Of a DNA stretch of 64,000 nt, positions 19,734 through 30,907 are shown piece after piece (position 1 is the first letter of the stretch; each line of letters starts with the position of its first letter). Origin of the DNA: Candidatus Heimdallarchaeota archaeon. GTDB taxonomy: Archaea; Asgardarchaeota; Heimdallarchaeia; Heimdallarchaeales; Heimdallarchaeaceae. The notes under the pieces were generated by a model. The model was given only the letters and a program-made list of their open reading frames with translations. It did no database searches and was not told the DNA's origin. The stretch is taken from NCBI GenBank assembly GCA_018238545.1, contig JABCTC010000018.1, positions 1 through 64,000 on the forward strand. Reading direction: 5' to 3'. The translations under genes and the position numbers were made by a program.

Positions 19734-21041
19734 ATGATTAATTACAAGTCGATTGCTGATTCGATACACAAGTATATTGATTTTCCCGAAAATTTCTACT
19801 TTGATATAATTGATACACCCGAATTTCAGAGGCTTAGAAGACTGGAACAACTAGGCGGTGTCTCTGCATCGTATCCTTCTGCTACTCATAGCCGTTTCAT
19901 TCACAGTTTAGGTGCATTTCATATTGCAAATAGGATAGGGAATAGTTTACAAAAGAAATATCCTTCAAGAGTAACTAACTCAGATATCCAACTCGCAAGT
20001 ACAACTGCTTTAATTCATGATGTAGGTCATGGTCCTTTTAGTCATATGTTTGAGGATACTATCAAACTGCTTTGTAACAATTCGAATGGTAATGATTGTT
20101 TCACTAAATATGAAGCTTTTATTCGACACGAGAACATCACTGAACAAATTGTCCGTTCTGATAATTCTGAAATCGCAATAATTCTTGAAAGAGAAGGATT
20201 TGATAGAAAGAAGATGGCTAATTTGGTTCTTGGGAGAAGCGTGAATGATAAACCGTTCTTAAATCAGATTATTGCTTCTCAACTAGATGCTGATTCTTTA
20301 GATTATTTGATGAGAGATTCTATGGCGACAGGGGTTTCCTTTGGTCTCTATAATCTGGAGAGATTATTTGCCATGTTAGAGATTTCAAAAGATGGAGATT
20401 TAGTAGTAAGAGAAAAAGGACTACAATCGACTGAACAAGTTGTTATTGCACTCTATATGCAATTTACTAGGGTTTACTTCCACAAAACAGTTCGCTGTTG
20501 GGAGTATATGATGAAGTTATTTATTGCCCAATTATTGCAACAAATCGAAGAAGATAAGAAAATACATGTTCTTCCTTTTATTAGAGAATTTGCAGAGAAT
20601 CCTAACTGGGAAACTTTGATTCCGTTGACGGATGATATAATGTATACTCAGCTACATCTATCATCGAGAAAGGAAACAAACGATGAATTCATTAGACAAT
20701 TAGCCGGAGATATTCTTCACAGAAAATTATACAAAAGCATACCTCTCACTGAGGATATGGCTCACAATGTCCACGAAAATCAAGATAAAATCAATTTCAT
20801 AGTTAGGAAAAATGGTTATCCTACAAATTCTTGGATAGTTGATCATTTTGGTTCTAGATACTATGACCCTGATAAAGCATTCAAAATTTTAATCAAAATG
20901 AAAAACGGTGATATTAAACAGATTTCTGAGGTTTCAGAGGTTGTAGCAAGTTTGTCAAAACCTAAATTCAACAATTTGCTTATCTTTCCAGCTAAATGCA
21001 GGAATGAGATTACAGATTTAATTAAAACAATTTCAAAATAA
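19734..21041 (+). CDS. HD-domain phosphohydrolase (SAMHD1/dNTPase-like family)
   Basis: FQRLRRLEQLG, HSRFIHSLG, LIHDVGHGPFSH, DADSLDYL and VYFHK. Probable start 19734 (track 19677). Confidence 0.88.
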   Translation: MINYKSIADSIHKYIDFPENFYFDIIDTPEFQRLRRLEQLGGVSASYPSATHSRFIHSLGAFHIANRIGNSLQKKYPSRVTNSDIQLASTTALIHDVGHGPFSHMFEDTIKLLCNNSNGNDCFTKYEAFIRHENITEQIVRSDNSEIAIILEREGFDRKKMANLVLGRSVNDKPFLNQIIASQLDADSLDYLMRDSMATGVSFGLYNLERLFAMLEISKDGDLVVREKGLQSTEQVVIALYMQFTRVYFHKTVRCWEYMMKLFIAQLLQQIEEDKKIHVLPFIREFAENPNWETLIPLTDDIMYTQLHLSSRKETNDEFIRQLAGDILHRKLYKSIPLTEDMAHNVHENQDKINFIVRKNGYPTNSWIVDHFGSRYYDPDKAFKILIKMKNGDIKQISEVSEVVASLSKPKFNNLLIFPAKCRNEITDLIKTISK

Positions 21042-21056
21042 AAAAGAAAAAGAGGA

Positions 21057-23243
21057 TTATTGGAATCCTGATTCCATCGAAGGTGGTTCAAAATCCTTTT
21101 CCTGTTCTTTTTTCGTTGATTTTTCTGTTTGAATAATTTCTCCACAATAGCGGCAAATTGGATACTTACTCTTACCTGTCTCACCACAGTGAGGACATCT
21201 TCTGAGTGTTTTCAATACCCTAAGTTTGAATTGTTTCCAAAGAATTACCCAAACAACTGTCAAGGAGGTAAGAATCTTCACCCAAGAAGATTGAAGTGCT
21301 ATTTCTATCCAAGAATAAAGTCTCTCTAAAGTCTTCAAAGGTGTAATGTGAATTTCAAAGAAGAAATCATCTGGATCAAGGATATTTGTGGAAATACGGA
21401 TATGTAAAATAGGCAATCCTTCAACACTTTGTTCTATAGCATCTTTTATAGTTGAATAGTCGATAGATACCGAAGCGGCAAGAGGGATATCAAACAAACC
21501 AGTTGAACTATCGTTAATTCGAGTATCACCAATACTGATTTGTGCAGTTTTAGTCCAGATTGTTGCTTCAATTTGCGTCCTTACATTTATATACAAATTC
21601 AAGTCATCTCCTTCCTTAATCTGAGGAGGAGATGGACTGATTGAAAGGATATATGAGTTAAGGGTTATGATAACTTCTTTTGCAAGATAAGAAGTAATGA
21701 AACCAGTTTTACTTACCGTTATAAACAATGTTGCATTATACGTTGATTCGTCTGGTGGAAATTCACCCACAGCAGGCACTAATTGGTCAATAGCAACGCT
21801 AATGTCTACTTCTCCTGTAGCATTTGTTTTAATTGGTCCAAATGATTTTGTTCCGTAGGTAATATTTACTAGGGCATCTTTAATAGAAATTTCTTGCTCA
21901 TCTACGCACTTGATGGTGAAAGAAACATCATCATAACCTTGGATAGCTCTAATTTGAGGAGGATTTGTTGAGATTCCTATCTCTTTCTGAATATAGAAAT
22001 ATTGAGTGAAAAATAGTATGGGGAAACTTGAGTGTGTTATTAAAACATCCATCTCATGTTGCCCTCCTACTTCTGCTGTAAAATTGAAAAATACTTCTTT
22101 GGGATTATTTATCTTTTTTCCATCAAGAAATGTTGTAGAAAGAGGTACATAGGTTATATATGAAACGTTCAGATTGGATTGAGAAGATATTGAAAACTTC
22201 AATTCCATTCCAGTTGAACTATTACTACTACCAAATATCGAACTTGTTTCTGCATATTTTAGATAGTATTTGAAAGAGGTTTCTTGTAAAATTCTGAGAT
22301 ACTGATCTCTTAACAACATTGAATCAAGAGGAAGTATTTTTGTGAGCATAGTTATTGCTTGAGCATTCACAATTATTGGATTTTTATATCGCTCCAACCA
22401 ATCTAGATAAATTATCGAACCAGTAGTTGTCATTCCTGCCTCAAAGAAAGCTGGGAATACAAATAAATTAAGGTATATTTAATCAACTATTGGAAGTATT
22501 TGCAAAAGGCTCTGAGGAGACCCAGTATAATCAAATTTCATCCTATTGAATTCAATTATCTGTGACAAAGCTAGGCAATTATCATATGTGAGAGCTGTAT
22601 CTTTTAGAACTAATGCACCTAAATCATATATTGAATGAAACATTCCTGTATCAGGGCTCCTGAACATTTCTAGAAGTGCTAACTCAAAAATATCAGCGGC
22701 GTAAAAATAGATAGCAGCTAATCCAGCATCTCCAAGGAATACTTGATATGCACAATGTTGTAATAATGCAGTATTCATATACAAATTTCCTTGTAAATCA
22801 GCTTCATTATCAGTATTTGTTCCTGAATTATTTGTGCTCCTGAACAAATAACCAATGCTTGCATCAAGCAATGTTACTGAGATATTCCCATTCAGAAGAT
22901 AATAATCAACAGTCTTCTTTGTTTCAGAATAGTAAACAGAACTATCATTTAACAAGTTATTAGCCATTGTAAAGAGTCCAGTAGACTTTGCAGATTGTTG
23001 ACTTAAACCACTCTTAACTTCACCAAATGGTAAATCTACATACATTGTCTGATTCAGTGATCCTGATGGTGAATGAAAGAATACATCAACTATCCCATCC
23101 ATTGTTATATTAGCCAAATCCCAGAAGATTGTTGCTAATGAATCCCCTATAAGATCTAATGCTTGAGCTAATCTACAATAAGCTATAACTAACAATAAAT
23201 TGTCATCTGCATGAAAATCATTAAGTAAACGACAAAATTTTTC
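21057..23243 (-). pseudogene. Broken surface/membrane protein (alpha-toroid glycosidase-like part, Ig-like domains, TM helix, C-terminal zinc ribbon)
   Basis: ORFs 22479-23195 and 21057-22433 are in one frame separated by a single TAA (22479-22481): ..LPIVD*IYLNLFVFPAFFEAGMTTT.. No signal peptide upstream (stop at 23244-23246). C-terminal CPHCGE..CRYCG. Confidence 0.7.
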
Positions 23244-23311
23244 TTAGAATTCATAAGCAAAAACGATTTAATTAAAAAAAAGGGAGTGTATTATGAGAAA
23301 AATATCTGGGA

Positions 23312-25054
23312 CTATTTGTTATCTTCTTTGATTAGTAAATATTCCCTGATTGTATTTTCTAAGTTCTCTTTAGTTATCCTATAATCTTTGCTGATTTTTC
23401 CATCTAACATCTCTAAATGACGGAAACCTGGTCGGAGTAATGTTAGATCATGAGAGCATGTTACAATGGTTGCTTTGTTGATTCTAACTATGTCCATAAG
23501 AAGATCTATGATATGTCTTGCAAGTTCTGCATCGAGGTTTGCAGTTGGCTCATCAGTAAGGATAATTTTTGTTTTCCTAGATAAAGCAGAAGCTAACGCT
23601 GCTCTTTGTTTTTCACCTTCTGATAGTTCATAGGGATACGCTTCTAAACGATGACCTATGTGGCATTCTTTGACAATGGAATCACTATATTCCACATCAA
23701 AATTTATGTCAGAAAAGATACTAGGAATTAGGAAATTCTCATGAACTTTTATAGGGTCAAAGAGGTTATTATGCTGAGTAACATAAGCAATATTAGCAAG
23801 TCTAAAAGCTGAAACTTCCCTTTCGTCTTCTTCACTAATTGGATATTTCATAACAGTCACAAGACCGTCATTTGGTGTGATTAAACCTGCAATCATGTTA
23901 AGAAGTGTAGTTTTGCCAACACCGCTGGGTCCAGATATGAAAACAAAGTCACCTTCATGGATATCTAAACTCATATTTTTGATAACTTCGTTATAACCTG
24001 CTTGAGAGTGGTAACCTTTTGTTACGTTCTTAACCGTAATCAGCTTTTTCTTCTTGTCAGGAGGGATAAATTCTCTGCTTAAGAGATGCTCTACATCCTT
24101 GAATGATATCCGATCAACCTTATCTTCACTTTCCTTTGCAGGTTTAGAAATTATCTCGTAGATCTTGTCTCGACTTATTACTTCAGGGTTCCAGAACAGG
24201 CCTAGCTTTCTTGAAGGATGAGAATCAAATTCCACAACATCCTTGATAGCAGTAGTACTCTTAACTTCATCAGGAACTCGAACATAATTAGAAGCATCCA
24301 TATAAGAACGATTCATATCAGAAGAATGCATGAGAAATTCAAGCTCATCTCTTTCCATATCTCGACTTATTCCAGCTAGCCTACCATCTCTGATAATGAA
24401 GCTTTTCTCAAATATAGTTCTGAACCGAATATCATGAGTTACGACCACAATTGTTTTACCTAATGCTAGATTAACTTGCTTGATTGCATCGATAATGTCT
24501 TGCGTATTTTTCGTGTCGAGTTGACCAGTCGGTTCGTCAGCAAGTAGTATTAGAGGGTCCTTAGCAAGGGCTACACCCATAGACAAGCGCATTGCCTCAC
24601 CACCAGAAAGTTTTCCTACAGTATTATTAAAGACATGCCTGAGATTCAGCAATTTTGCAATTTCTTCTATATCTTTCTTTGCTTGCTCTCTAGGTAAATA
24701 GAACATCTTCTTAGGAATCATCAGGTTTTGTCTAACTGATAAATGTGAGAAGAGATTGTCGCTAATAAATTGGTTAATCAGTCCAAGATGGTAAAAACGA
24801 AACTCCCGTCTCATATATTCATCAAGTTGGTCAAATCTTTGACCATTCATTATGATCTGACCGCTTGTAGGAAGTTCAATACCAGCAAGAATCTTTATGA
24901 GTGTAGTTTTACCTGCTCCTGAAGGACCAATTACAGAGACAAGTTCTCCTTCCTTTATGTCTAAATCTAATCCTCGTAGTGCTGCTACTTTATACTCAGT
25001 TCTAGGATCTTGAAATATTTTTATAATATCAATACATCTTATCATCTTTTTCAC
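23312..25054 (-). CDS. Double-NBD ABC ATP-binding protein, paralog of 6528-8273
   Basis: MIRCIDIIKIF..KVAALRGLDL, two Walker A motifs (GPSGAGKTT, GPSGVGKTT), LSGGE/LSEGE. Start GTG 25054 or ATG 25045 by analogy to the first copy. Confidence 0.9.
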   Translation of the reverse strand: MKKMIRCIDIIKIFQDPRTEYKVAALRGLDLDIKEGELVSVIGPSGAGKTTLIKILAGIELPTSGQIIMNGQRFDQLDEYMRREFRFYHLGLINQFISDNLFSHLSVRQNLMIPKKMFYLPREQAKKDIEEIAKLLNLRHVFNNTVGKLSGGEAMRLSMGVALAKDPLILLADEPTGQLDTKNTQDIIDAIKQVNLALGKTIVVVTHDIRFRTIFEKSFIIRDGRLAGISRDMERDELEFLMHSSDMNRSYMDASNYVRVPDEVKSTTAIKDVVEFDSHPSRKLGLFWNPEVISRDKIYEIISKPAKESEDKVDRISFKDVEHLLSREFIPPDKKKKLITVKNVTKGYHSQAGYNEVIKNMSLDIHEGDFVFISGPSGVGKTTLLNMIAGLITPNDGLVTVMKYPISEEDEREVSAFRLANIAYVTQHNNLFDPIKVHENFLIPSIFSDINFDVEYSDSIVKECHIGHRLEAYPYELSEGEKQRAALASALSRKTKIILTDEPTANLDAELARHIIDLLMDIVRINKATIVTCSHDLTLLRPGFRHLEMLDGKISKDYRITKENLENTIREYLLIKEDNK

Positions 25055-28000
25055 TCCAGATTCCTTGGTTGGTATTTTGCAAAATTTCTTTTCATTGATA
25101 TATAGTATATCCCGAAAAATATCAGAGGTATGCCCAGAAACATGCAAAGTATTAGCACGTATGGGAAAGGCAGAGTATAAGGCAATATATCATAAGACAA
25201 TTCAACTAAGATTGAATTGAAAGCTCTCTCTAGTCCATAACCTGCTAAAGCACCTAATAACAGCCCAGGTACTATTGCAGCCATGAAAAGCTCTATAGCA
25301 GAAACAAGAATGATTTGCCGCGTTGAAATCCCTATTTTCTTTAAAGCATCGTGTTTTGTTATTCGTCTCTGAAGAATTTTAAGAGGATTACTTAGACTTG
25401 TGAATATAATTGCTGCAAGACAGATAATTACACCAAACACAAATTCCGCTACTATCATGGAATAGAAGGGGAAGTATTGTAGTAGAGCAGCATCCGCTAT
25501 CTCTTTAGAACTTCGGACATCGAATCCATAATCATCCTCAATCTCCTTTGATAATTCGATATGGTCTGTTAAAGGTTTAACTTCTATAATAAGTCGATCA
25601 AGTGAAATCCCGAAGACAGAAAGCCTATCAAAGATATTCAAAAAGTTATCTTTTGTCATTACCAGATTATATGTATATGACTGTGCTTCTCTTAAATCTC
25701 CTACATCATATATTATTGGGAAGTAATCAAACACTCCTGTGATATTGAAGTCTATATCATCGGCCTCTTCTTTCCTGAAGGCATATGAATCTCCTTCAGC
25801 TGTATAGAGTATTGAGAAAGGTCTAGAAACCAACATCGTATTATCTTCCTGAAGGCTTTTGATATCCTGTCCCCAATCTTCATAGAGATTTTTCGAAGGC
25901 GTATAAGACGTTGACAAATACGTCAGAGGGTCATCTATAATTAAGACTGACATAGTTGCAGTGCCATGACTGGCTGAAAACTGCGTAATGTTTACTAGAT
26001 TAGCAATACCATTGTAATCTGCCCTAAAATCATCCAGAGAGACATTTACTAGGTTCCAATTATTGATATAAAGATCTCCACCACCATAGAAATAAGCTTG
26101 ATTCATAACTTGATTTTGAATCCTCACTGGCGTTATTATGAATGGCAGTAATAATCCAATTAGTATGGTATATGTGAGGAAAGTGTTATTGAATAAATTG
26201 ATATCTGATCGCACTTCAACTAATGAGAATGATGTTATTGTTTTTCTTGCAGACCAGGAAATTTTACTAATTGCAATCATCAAAAGCTTGTGTAAATCTT
26301 TTAGAAGAAGACCCACTCCAAGTAGTAACACCATTATGCCTATCCCCATCAAATAAATGAATATCAAGGCGATTGCTTGTAAACCAAATACCATGAAATA
26401 GAAACCTACGAAACTCATAAGGAATAAACCTATCCCAAAAATAATCCCTCCAACAAATATCAATAGGAAGTAATGTATTCTAAGTTGTTTGAGTAATTGT
26501 ACCCACCTTCTTGGTGGTTTTACTTTTTTCTTATCCTTTCTTGCCAGAATTATTATTCTAGGGACAGATATTAGTATTAAAATTACAAAAGTTAAACTCA
26601 TTGCAATCGGAAGACTAGTCAGATTGATAGAAGATATTTGAGCATTAAATGTTAGGAACGTGTCTACTTGTAACAAAATCGGTATGAGAATCATCATTAA
26701 ACCAAAACCTAACAAAGTCGAAGCTAATGATTCAAAGAGTTTCATCATAGAGTAGGAGAAAGTAATAGTCCCCGTTGAGACACCTTTTGATCTCAGAATT
26801 TTTATTTCTTGCTCAAAACTATTCCCAAATAATTCGTTAATCTCGAAAACAAGGAACAGTGCTAGATATAATATGGGAATAGATAGAAACAAGATTAAGA
26901 CTTGAGACATCAAGAGAATAAGCTCAAGACCTTGAAATTCAATAATTAATTCATATCCTATGTTCCAACTACCTGATGTAGAGGATAATGGATAAGGTCC
27001 TTCAGCAATTAATAATGTAATTTCCGTGATAAGGTTAGTTATTTCTTGAGCATCTGAATTTTCAAAATCATATACAAATTGTATAAATCCATATAGTTGT
27101 AAATGATAGCGAGTCATATTTTCAAAATTTTTGAGAAAATACTCCGTTGGAACTAAAAGAGAATTATCATAAACTAAGCTTCTTATAGTGTCAGAGGGAA
27201 TATCTTGTAGTTCACATGCATTCTCAATTTGAGAATAAGAGGGTTGTTGATATAAGCCAACAACTTTAAACTCGATCGAATCGATATCAACGTCTCCAGG
27301 TGAGCTGGTTGCATTTATGGTTATTGCATCATTAAGTGATATTCCATATGTTAAAGCCATGTTAACTTCCAACAAAGTTTCGAGTGGAGCTGAGGGTAAT
27401 CTGCCACTCTCTAGAAAACTTCCAATCACCGTTGAATAATTCGACATATATCCGATATAACTCAAATAGCTGATATCTTCATATGGTGATAAATGAAAGC
27501 CTACAACGCTTGTTGACAATCCATAGAAGTAATTTTCCACCAACCTGGGCAAGATTTGTGATTTTGACCGCATCCCATACATAACCTCATCTAGAGCTTG
27601 ATCGGTTATGTTCGGGTTTAATCTGTCAGCTTCCAGGCCTGAAAAAGATAATAGGTCTAGGTTAAAGGTCAGAGATGCCACATCATCATTCTCAAAATCT
27701 GCGTTTCTAGCGTATTCTACAAATAAATTGCTTGCTTTCGAATCATATAGAGTCATACTCGTAACAATTATTGATGCAAGTATTGTGAGACCAAGAAGGC
27801 TGATAATGAGCCTTTTCTTATTAGCTTTCCACAAAGAAAATATCACACTGAAGATATTAGTGAGATATAACCAAGAATTGATGAACACTAATTTAAATGT
27901 CGAAACATCTGGTTTAATAGGTCTTATAAGGAAATTCTTTAGTTTGACAAATCCCCTATTTATCCTTTTTCTGAAAATAAGATAAATTATTCCAAGAATC

Positions 28001-29349
28001 CCAGTTATAATTACAAAAATATACCAATATCTAATCCAGAAATATACAAAATCGGAATAATTTACTAGGTCAAATATGTACGCAATAGTTGGAAGTTCAA
28101 CATTTGTATTTGTCTTAACATTTATTGACATTATATAACGTTGTTTGAAATTATATTCATCAAGCGTTGAAGATTCTATTAAAGAAGGGTAGCTCGCTAT
28201 ATATGTTCTATTTTCAAAAAGTGTAATTGAAACCCTGTCATTTGAACCTTCATCCATGTATGAATAGTAGGACATAACATCTTCTATCATAAAGGAAAAT
28301 AATGAAATTGTTTGATTGTCATCCTCAACTATTGAAATTTTATTTGATTGAGTATACCGATTGTATCCAGATGGACTAAATATTTCAACATAAAGTGTAG
28401 TAACAAATAAGAAGAAAGATGTGTTCTGATATGAGATCATTCTGAATTTCTCATAAGTATATATACCTAAATTGATAGAGAGAAAAGACTTCTTAGATAT
28501 TGTATCATTCACAGAAAAAGAAACACTGTAAAATAGTTGAAACTCAAGCATCGCAAGATGGAATTTACCATCTTCACCAATAAATAACTGCACTCTATCA
28601 TAATTACCTTCCATAACAAAAACTGTAGAATTATAATAGGAGAGATTACCGGTTATACCAGCAATAATAAGCGTTCTCACTGCAGTATAACTACTTTCAT
28701 TATAATAAAAGACATCATAAAATGCGAACAATTCCTCATCAAGCATGTGCAGAGATACTAAATATACTGAAGTGAAAGGTAGAACAAATATTTTTTCAAC
28801 AATTGTTCCATTCAAATAAACTTTTGTTTGAGTAATTGAAGTTCCTGTGGTTTCTAGTTCACGAGAAAGAAGGTAAAAATAGTTATTACTAGGTATAATA
28901 TCTACATTAATATAAGCTGATCTACTAGTGAATACTTGCTTGAAATTGCTTCCATTCTCACTCCAACTAAACATCTCTATTACTGTGTTGTAAAAACCAT
29001 CAGAAAAAGAGAAGAGAAGAACAACATTCTCGTCCATAGTATAGACCTTGAAGATGTAACCTGAAAATATATTCCTAAAAATTTCTACCATTTGATTATT
29101 GTAACTGTGAAAAATCACAAATGTGTTGTTCTCAAAGTCCTTCTTCACAAACACGTGTAATTGCCCCTCGCTGTCTACAACATTAGTAGAGGAAAATCTT
29201 GTAGAATAAATATCTCCTGGGTCAGAAAGAAATATTGAAGTTTGTTGATCTACTGCATTCACAGAAGTAGCTATGAATGTAGACAAAAATAAGAAACAGA
29301 ATAATATGGGTAATAACTTCTTCTTATTGAAACTAACCATAACCATCAA
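25051..29349 (-). CDS. Giant FtsX/MacB-type ABC permease, paralog of 2170-6531
   Basis: Same architecture. EIKILRSKGVS, LKKIGISTRQII and identical C-terminus PRNLE. Confidence 0.8.
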   Translation of the reverse strand: MMVMVSFNKKKLLPILFCFLFLSTFIATSVNAVDQQTSIFLSDPGDIYSTRFSSTNVVDSEGQLHVFVKKDFENNTFVIFHSYNNQMVEIFRNIFSGYIFKVYTMDENVVLLFSFSDGFYNTVIEMFSWSENGSNFKQVFTSRSAYINVDIIPSNNYFYLLSRELETTGTSITQTKVYLNGTIVEKIFVLPFTSVYLVSLHMLDEELFAFYDVFYYNESSYTAVRTLIIAGITGNLSYYNSTVFVMEGNYDRVQLFIGEDGKFHLAMLEFQLFYSVSFSVNDTISKKSFLSINLGIYTYEKFRMISYQNTSFFLFVTTLYVEIFSPSGYNRYTQSNKISIVEDDNQTISLFSFMIEDVMSYYSYMDEGSNDRVSITLFENRTYIASYPSLIESSTLDEYNFKQRYIMSINVKTNTNVELPTIAYIFDLVNYSDFVYFWIRYWYIFVIITGILGIIYLIFRKRINRGFVKLKNFLIRPIKPDVSTFKLVFINSWLYLTNIFSVIFSLWKANKKRLIISLLGLTILASIIVTSMTLYDSKASNLFVEYARNADFENDDVASLTFNLDLLSFSGLEADRLNPNITDQALDEVMYGMRSKSQILPRLVENYFYGLSTSVVGFHLSPYEDISYLSYIGYMSNYSTVIGSFLESGRLPSAPLETLLEVNMALTYGISLNDAITINATSSPGDVDIDSIEFKVVGLYQQPSYSQIENACELQDIPSDTIRSLVYDNSLLVPTEYFLKNFENMTRYHLQLYGFIQFVYDFENSDAQEITNLITEITLLIAEGPYPLSSTSGSWNIGYELIIEFQGLELILLMSQVLILFLSIPILYLALFLVFEINELFGNSFEQEIKILRSKGVSTGTITFSYSMMKLFESLASTLLGFGLMMILIPILLQVDTFLTFNAQISSINLTSLPIAMSLTFVILILISVPRIIILARKDKKKVKPPRRWVQLLKQLRIHYFLLIFVGGIIFGIGLFLMSFVGFYFMVFGLQAIALIFIYLMGIGIMVLLLGVGLLLKDLHKLLMIAISKISWSARKTITSFSLVEVRSDINLFNNTFLTYTILIGLLLPFIITPVRIQNQVMNQAYFYGGGDLYINNWNLVNVSLDDFRADYNGIANLVNITQFSASHGTATMSVLIIDDPLTYLSTSYTPSKNLYEDWGQDIKSLQEDNTMLVSRPFSILYTAEGDSYAFRKEEADDIDFNITGVFDYFPIIYDVGDLREAQSYTYNLVMTKDNFLNIFDRLSVFGISLDRLIIEVKPLTDHIELSKEIEDDYGFDVRSSKEIADAALLQYFPFYSMIVAEFVFGVIICLAAIIFTSLSNPLKILQRRITKHDALKKIGISTRQIILVSAIELFMAAIVPGLLLGALAGYGLERAFNSILVELSYDILPYTLPFPYVLILCMFLGIPLIFFGIYYISMKRNFAKYQPRNLE

Positions 29350-29409
29350 ACTACAAAGATAATTATAAACCTAACCCAATACAGATTTCGCATTTTCATG
29401 ATTAAGTTT

Positions 29410-29715
29410 TTACTCTTTCAAAAATAATTGCCATAACTTGTTAAACAACCATGACAGAGGTAATGCAAAAAAGCCTACAGTTACAACAAAAATTATAGAT
29501 TGAATTACAGAATCCATCAATACATTCATTCTCACAAAATATCCTCCTATAAAAGTTGCACTTGCAAATACAAAAGATATTATAAAAAATGGCAAATTAT
29601 CAAACCATTTTTTATGTTGAGCATCTAAAGCAGCATTGATATTTCTTGTCTCTTCCTTGAATTCTTCTTCTTTTGCTGCATCTGCTTGCTTAATAGTCTC
29701 TGGATTCTTAGTCAT
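29410..29715 (-). CDS. Small two-TM membrane protein
   Basis: 101-aa ORF with two hydrophobic segments, co-oriented upstream of the permease. Confidence 0.6.
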   Translation of the reverse strand: MTKNPETIKQADAAKEEEFKEETRNINAALDAQHKKWFDNLPFFIISFVFASATFIGGYFVRMNVLMDSVIQSIIFVVTVGFFALPLSWLFNKLWQLFLKE

Positions 29716-29840
29716 TAGAGTTTGTCCACTTAAAACGATAATAAACTTATCGAAGAAACCAGAATAAATAGCATTGTAACATGGTAGAATTTTAGAAAAA
29801 GTTAAGTAAAGGATGTTTAACTTATCCTAAGCTGGGCTTA

Positions 29841-30878
29841 ATGGAATACGACAATAGTGTATTAGGTGTATTGAATTATAGACAATTTGAAAAGTTCTAT
29901 GAGAGATTCAACCTTCTCCCTGATCAAATTAGAGCAAATTTCGATGGATGGAGAAAATTAGTACTTTACACAGAAGAATTGGTGTTTATGTTTCCAAGAG
30001 ACCCTACGGGAATAGAATGGTTAGAAAAGGAAGCTTTAGCATATGAGATAATGGATGTTTACGATGATTTACCTGTTCCAAAACTAATCGAAAGAGTATC
30101 TGACAAAGAAATTTCCTATTATGACTTTCTTGTAGTTAGTAGAATAAAAGGGAGTGCTTATGCTAGGTTTGAAGAAGATGTTAATCTACAAGATGTCCGA
30201 AAAATGTTTCACAATTTAACTCAGATTATTCCTTTATGGCATGAAATTGTGCTTAAAGAAGATCAAATAGAAATGTTGAGAGAACCCACAAAAATAGTGA
30301 AGAACATTGGTCTTGACAACTGGCAACAAGCTGTTTTAAACACAGAACAAGTTGAAAATGCATTATTGTATCTACAAGGAGTATTAGAATACTGGGGAAA
30401 GAGATTTGATTTTCTTTCAACAGATTTGTTAACTTCTAAAGACATGCTTCTTAAATGGTCCAGATGTCTATCTGAAATCGCTTCTCTGAAGCCAGTTTTT
30501 ATTCATGGAGATATTCATGAAGATCAAATTCTTTTGGAATCTAAAGAGACAATGATAATAACGGGAATTATTGACTGGGAAACAGTAAAAGTTGCTAATC
30601 CTATCTGGGATTTTGATTTTGGAGAATGGGGTCTCAAAATCTGGGAATGGAGAGAGTTCTTTTCTGAATTTAGAAGAGAGATGTGGGAGATATATTTATC
30701 TAAAAGAAAAATCGATTTAGAATCATTCGAAGGACTGGATTTATTCTATTCCATGAGTGAGTTACTCTGGGTTTTAAGGACGCCAGAAGAAGTATATTTC
30801 CCAATTACTGGTTTAGATTACGAAGGTTCGATACAATACTATCTAGAAAAACTTGTTAAAATCTCAGAAAAAATATAA
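29841..30878 (+). CDS. Aminoglycoside phosphotransferase / choline-kinase-like protein
   Basis: LPVPKLI, HGDIHEDQIL and GIIDWE motifs. Confidence 0.85.
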   Translation: MEYDNSVLGVLNYRQFEKFYERFNLLPDQIRANFDGWRKLVLYTEELVFMFPRDPTGIEWLEKEALAYEIMDVYDDLPVPKLIERVSDKEISYYDFLVVSRIKGSAYARFEEDVNLQDVRKMFHNLTQIIPLWHEIVLKEDQIEMLREPTKIVKNIGLDNWQQAVLNTEQVENALLYLQGVLEYWGKRFDFLSTDLLTSKDMLLKWSRCLSEIASLKPVFIHGDIHEDQILLESKETMIITGIIDWETVKVANPIWDFDFGEWGLKIWEWREFFSEFRREMWEIYLSKRKIDLESFEGLDLFYSMSELLWVLRTPEEVYFPITGLDYEGSIQYYLEKLVKISEKI

Positions 30879-30907
30879 AGAAAAGGAGAGAAAGAAGCTC
30901 ACCTGTG

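Noticed and set aside
19734-21041. Anti-phage dNTPase defence system
   Set aside because: This HD family is widespread as a housekeeping gene in archaea, and no defence-island context is visible.
22479-22481. Possible selenocysteine/pyrrolysine read-through
   Set aside because: The in-frame stop is TAA, not TGA or TAG. TAA ends many intact genes here.
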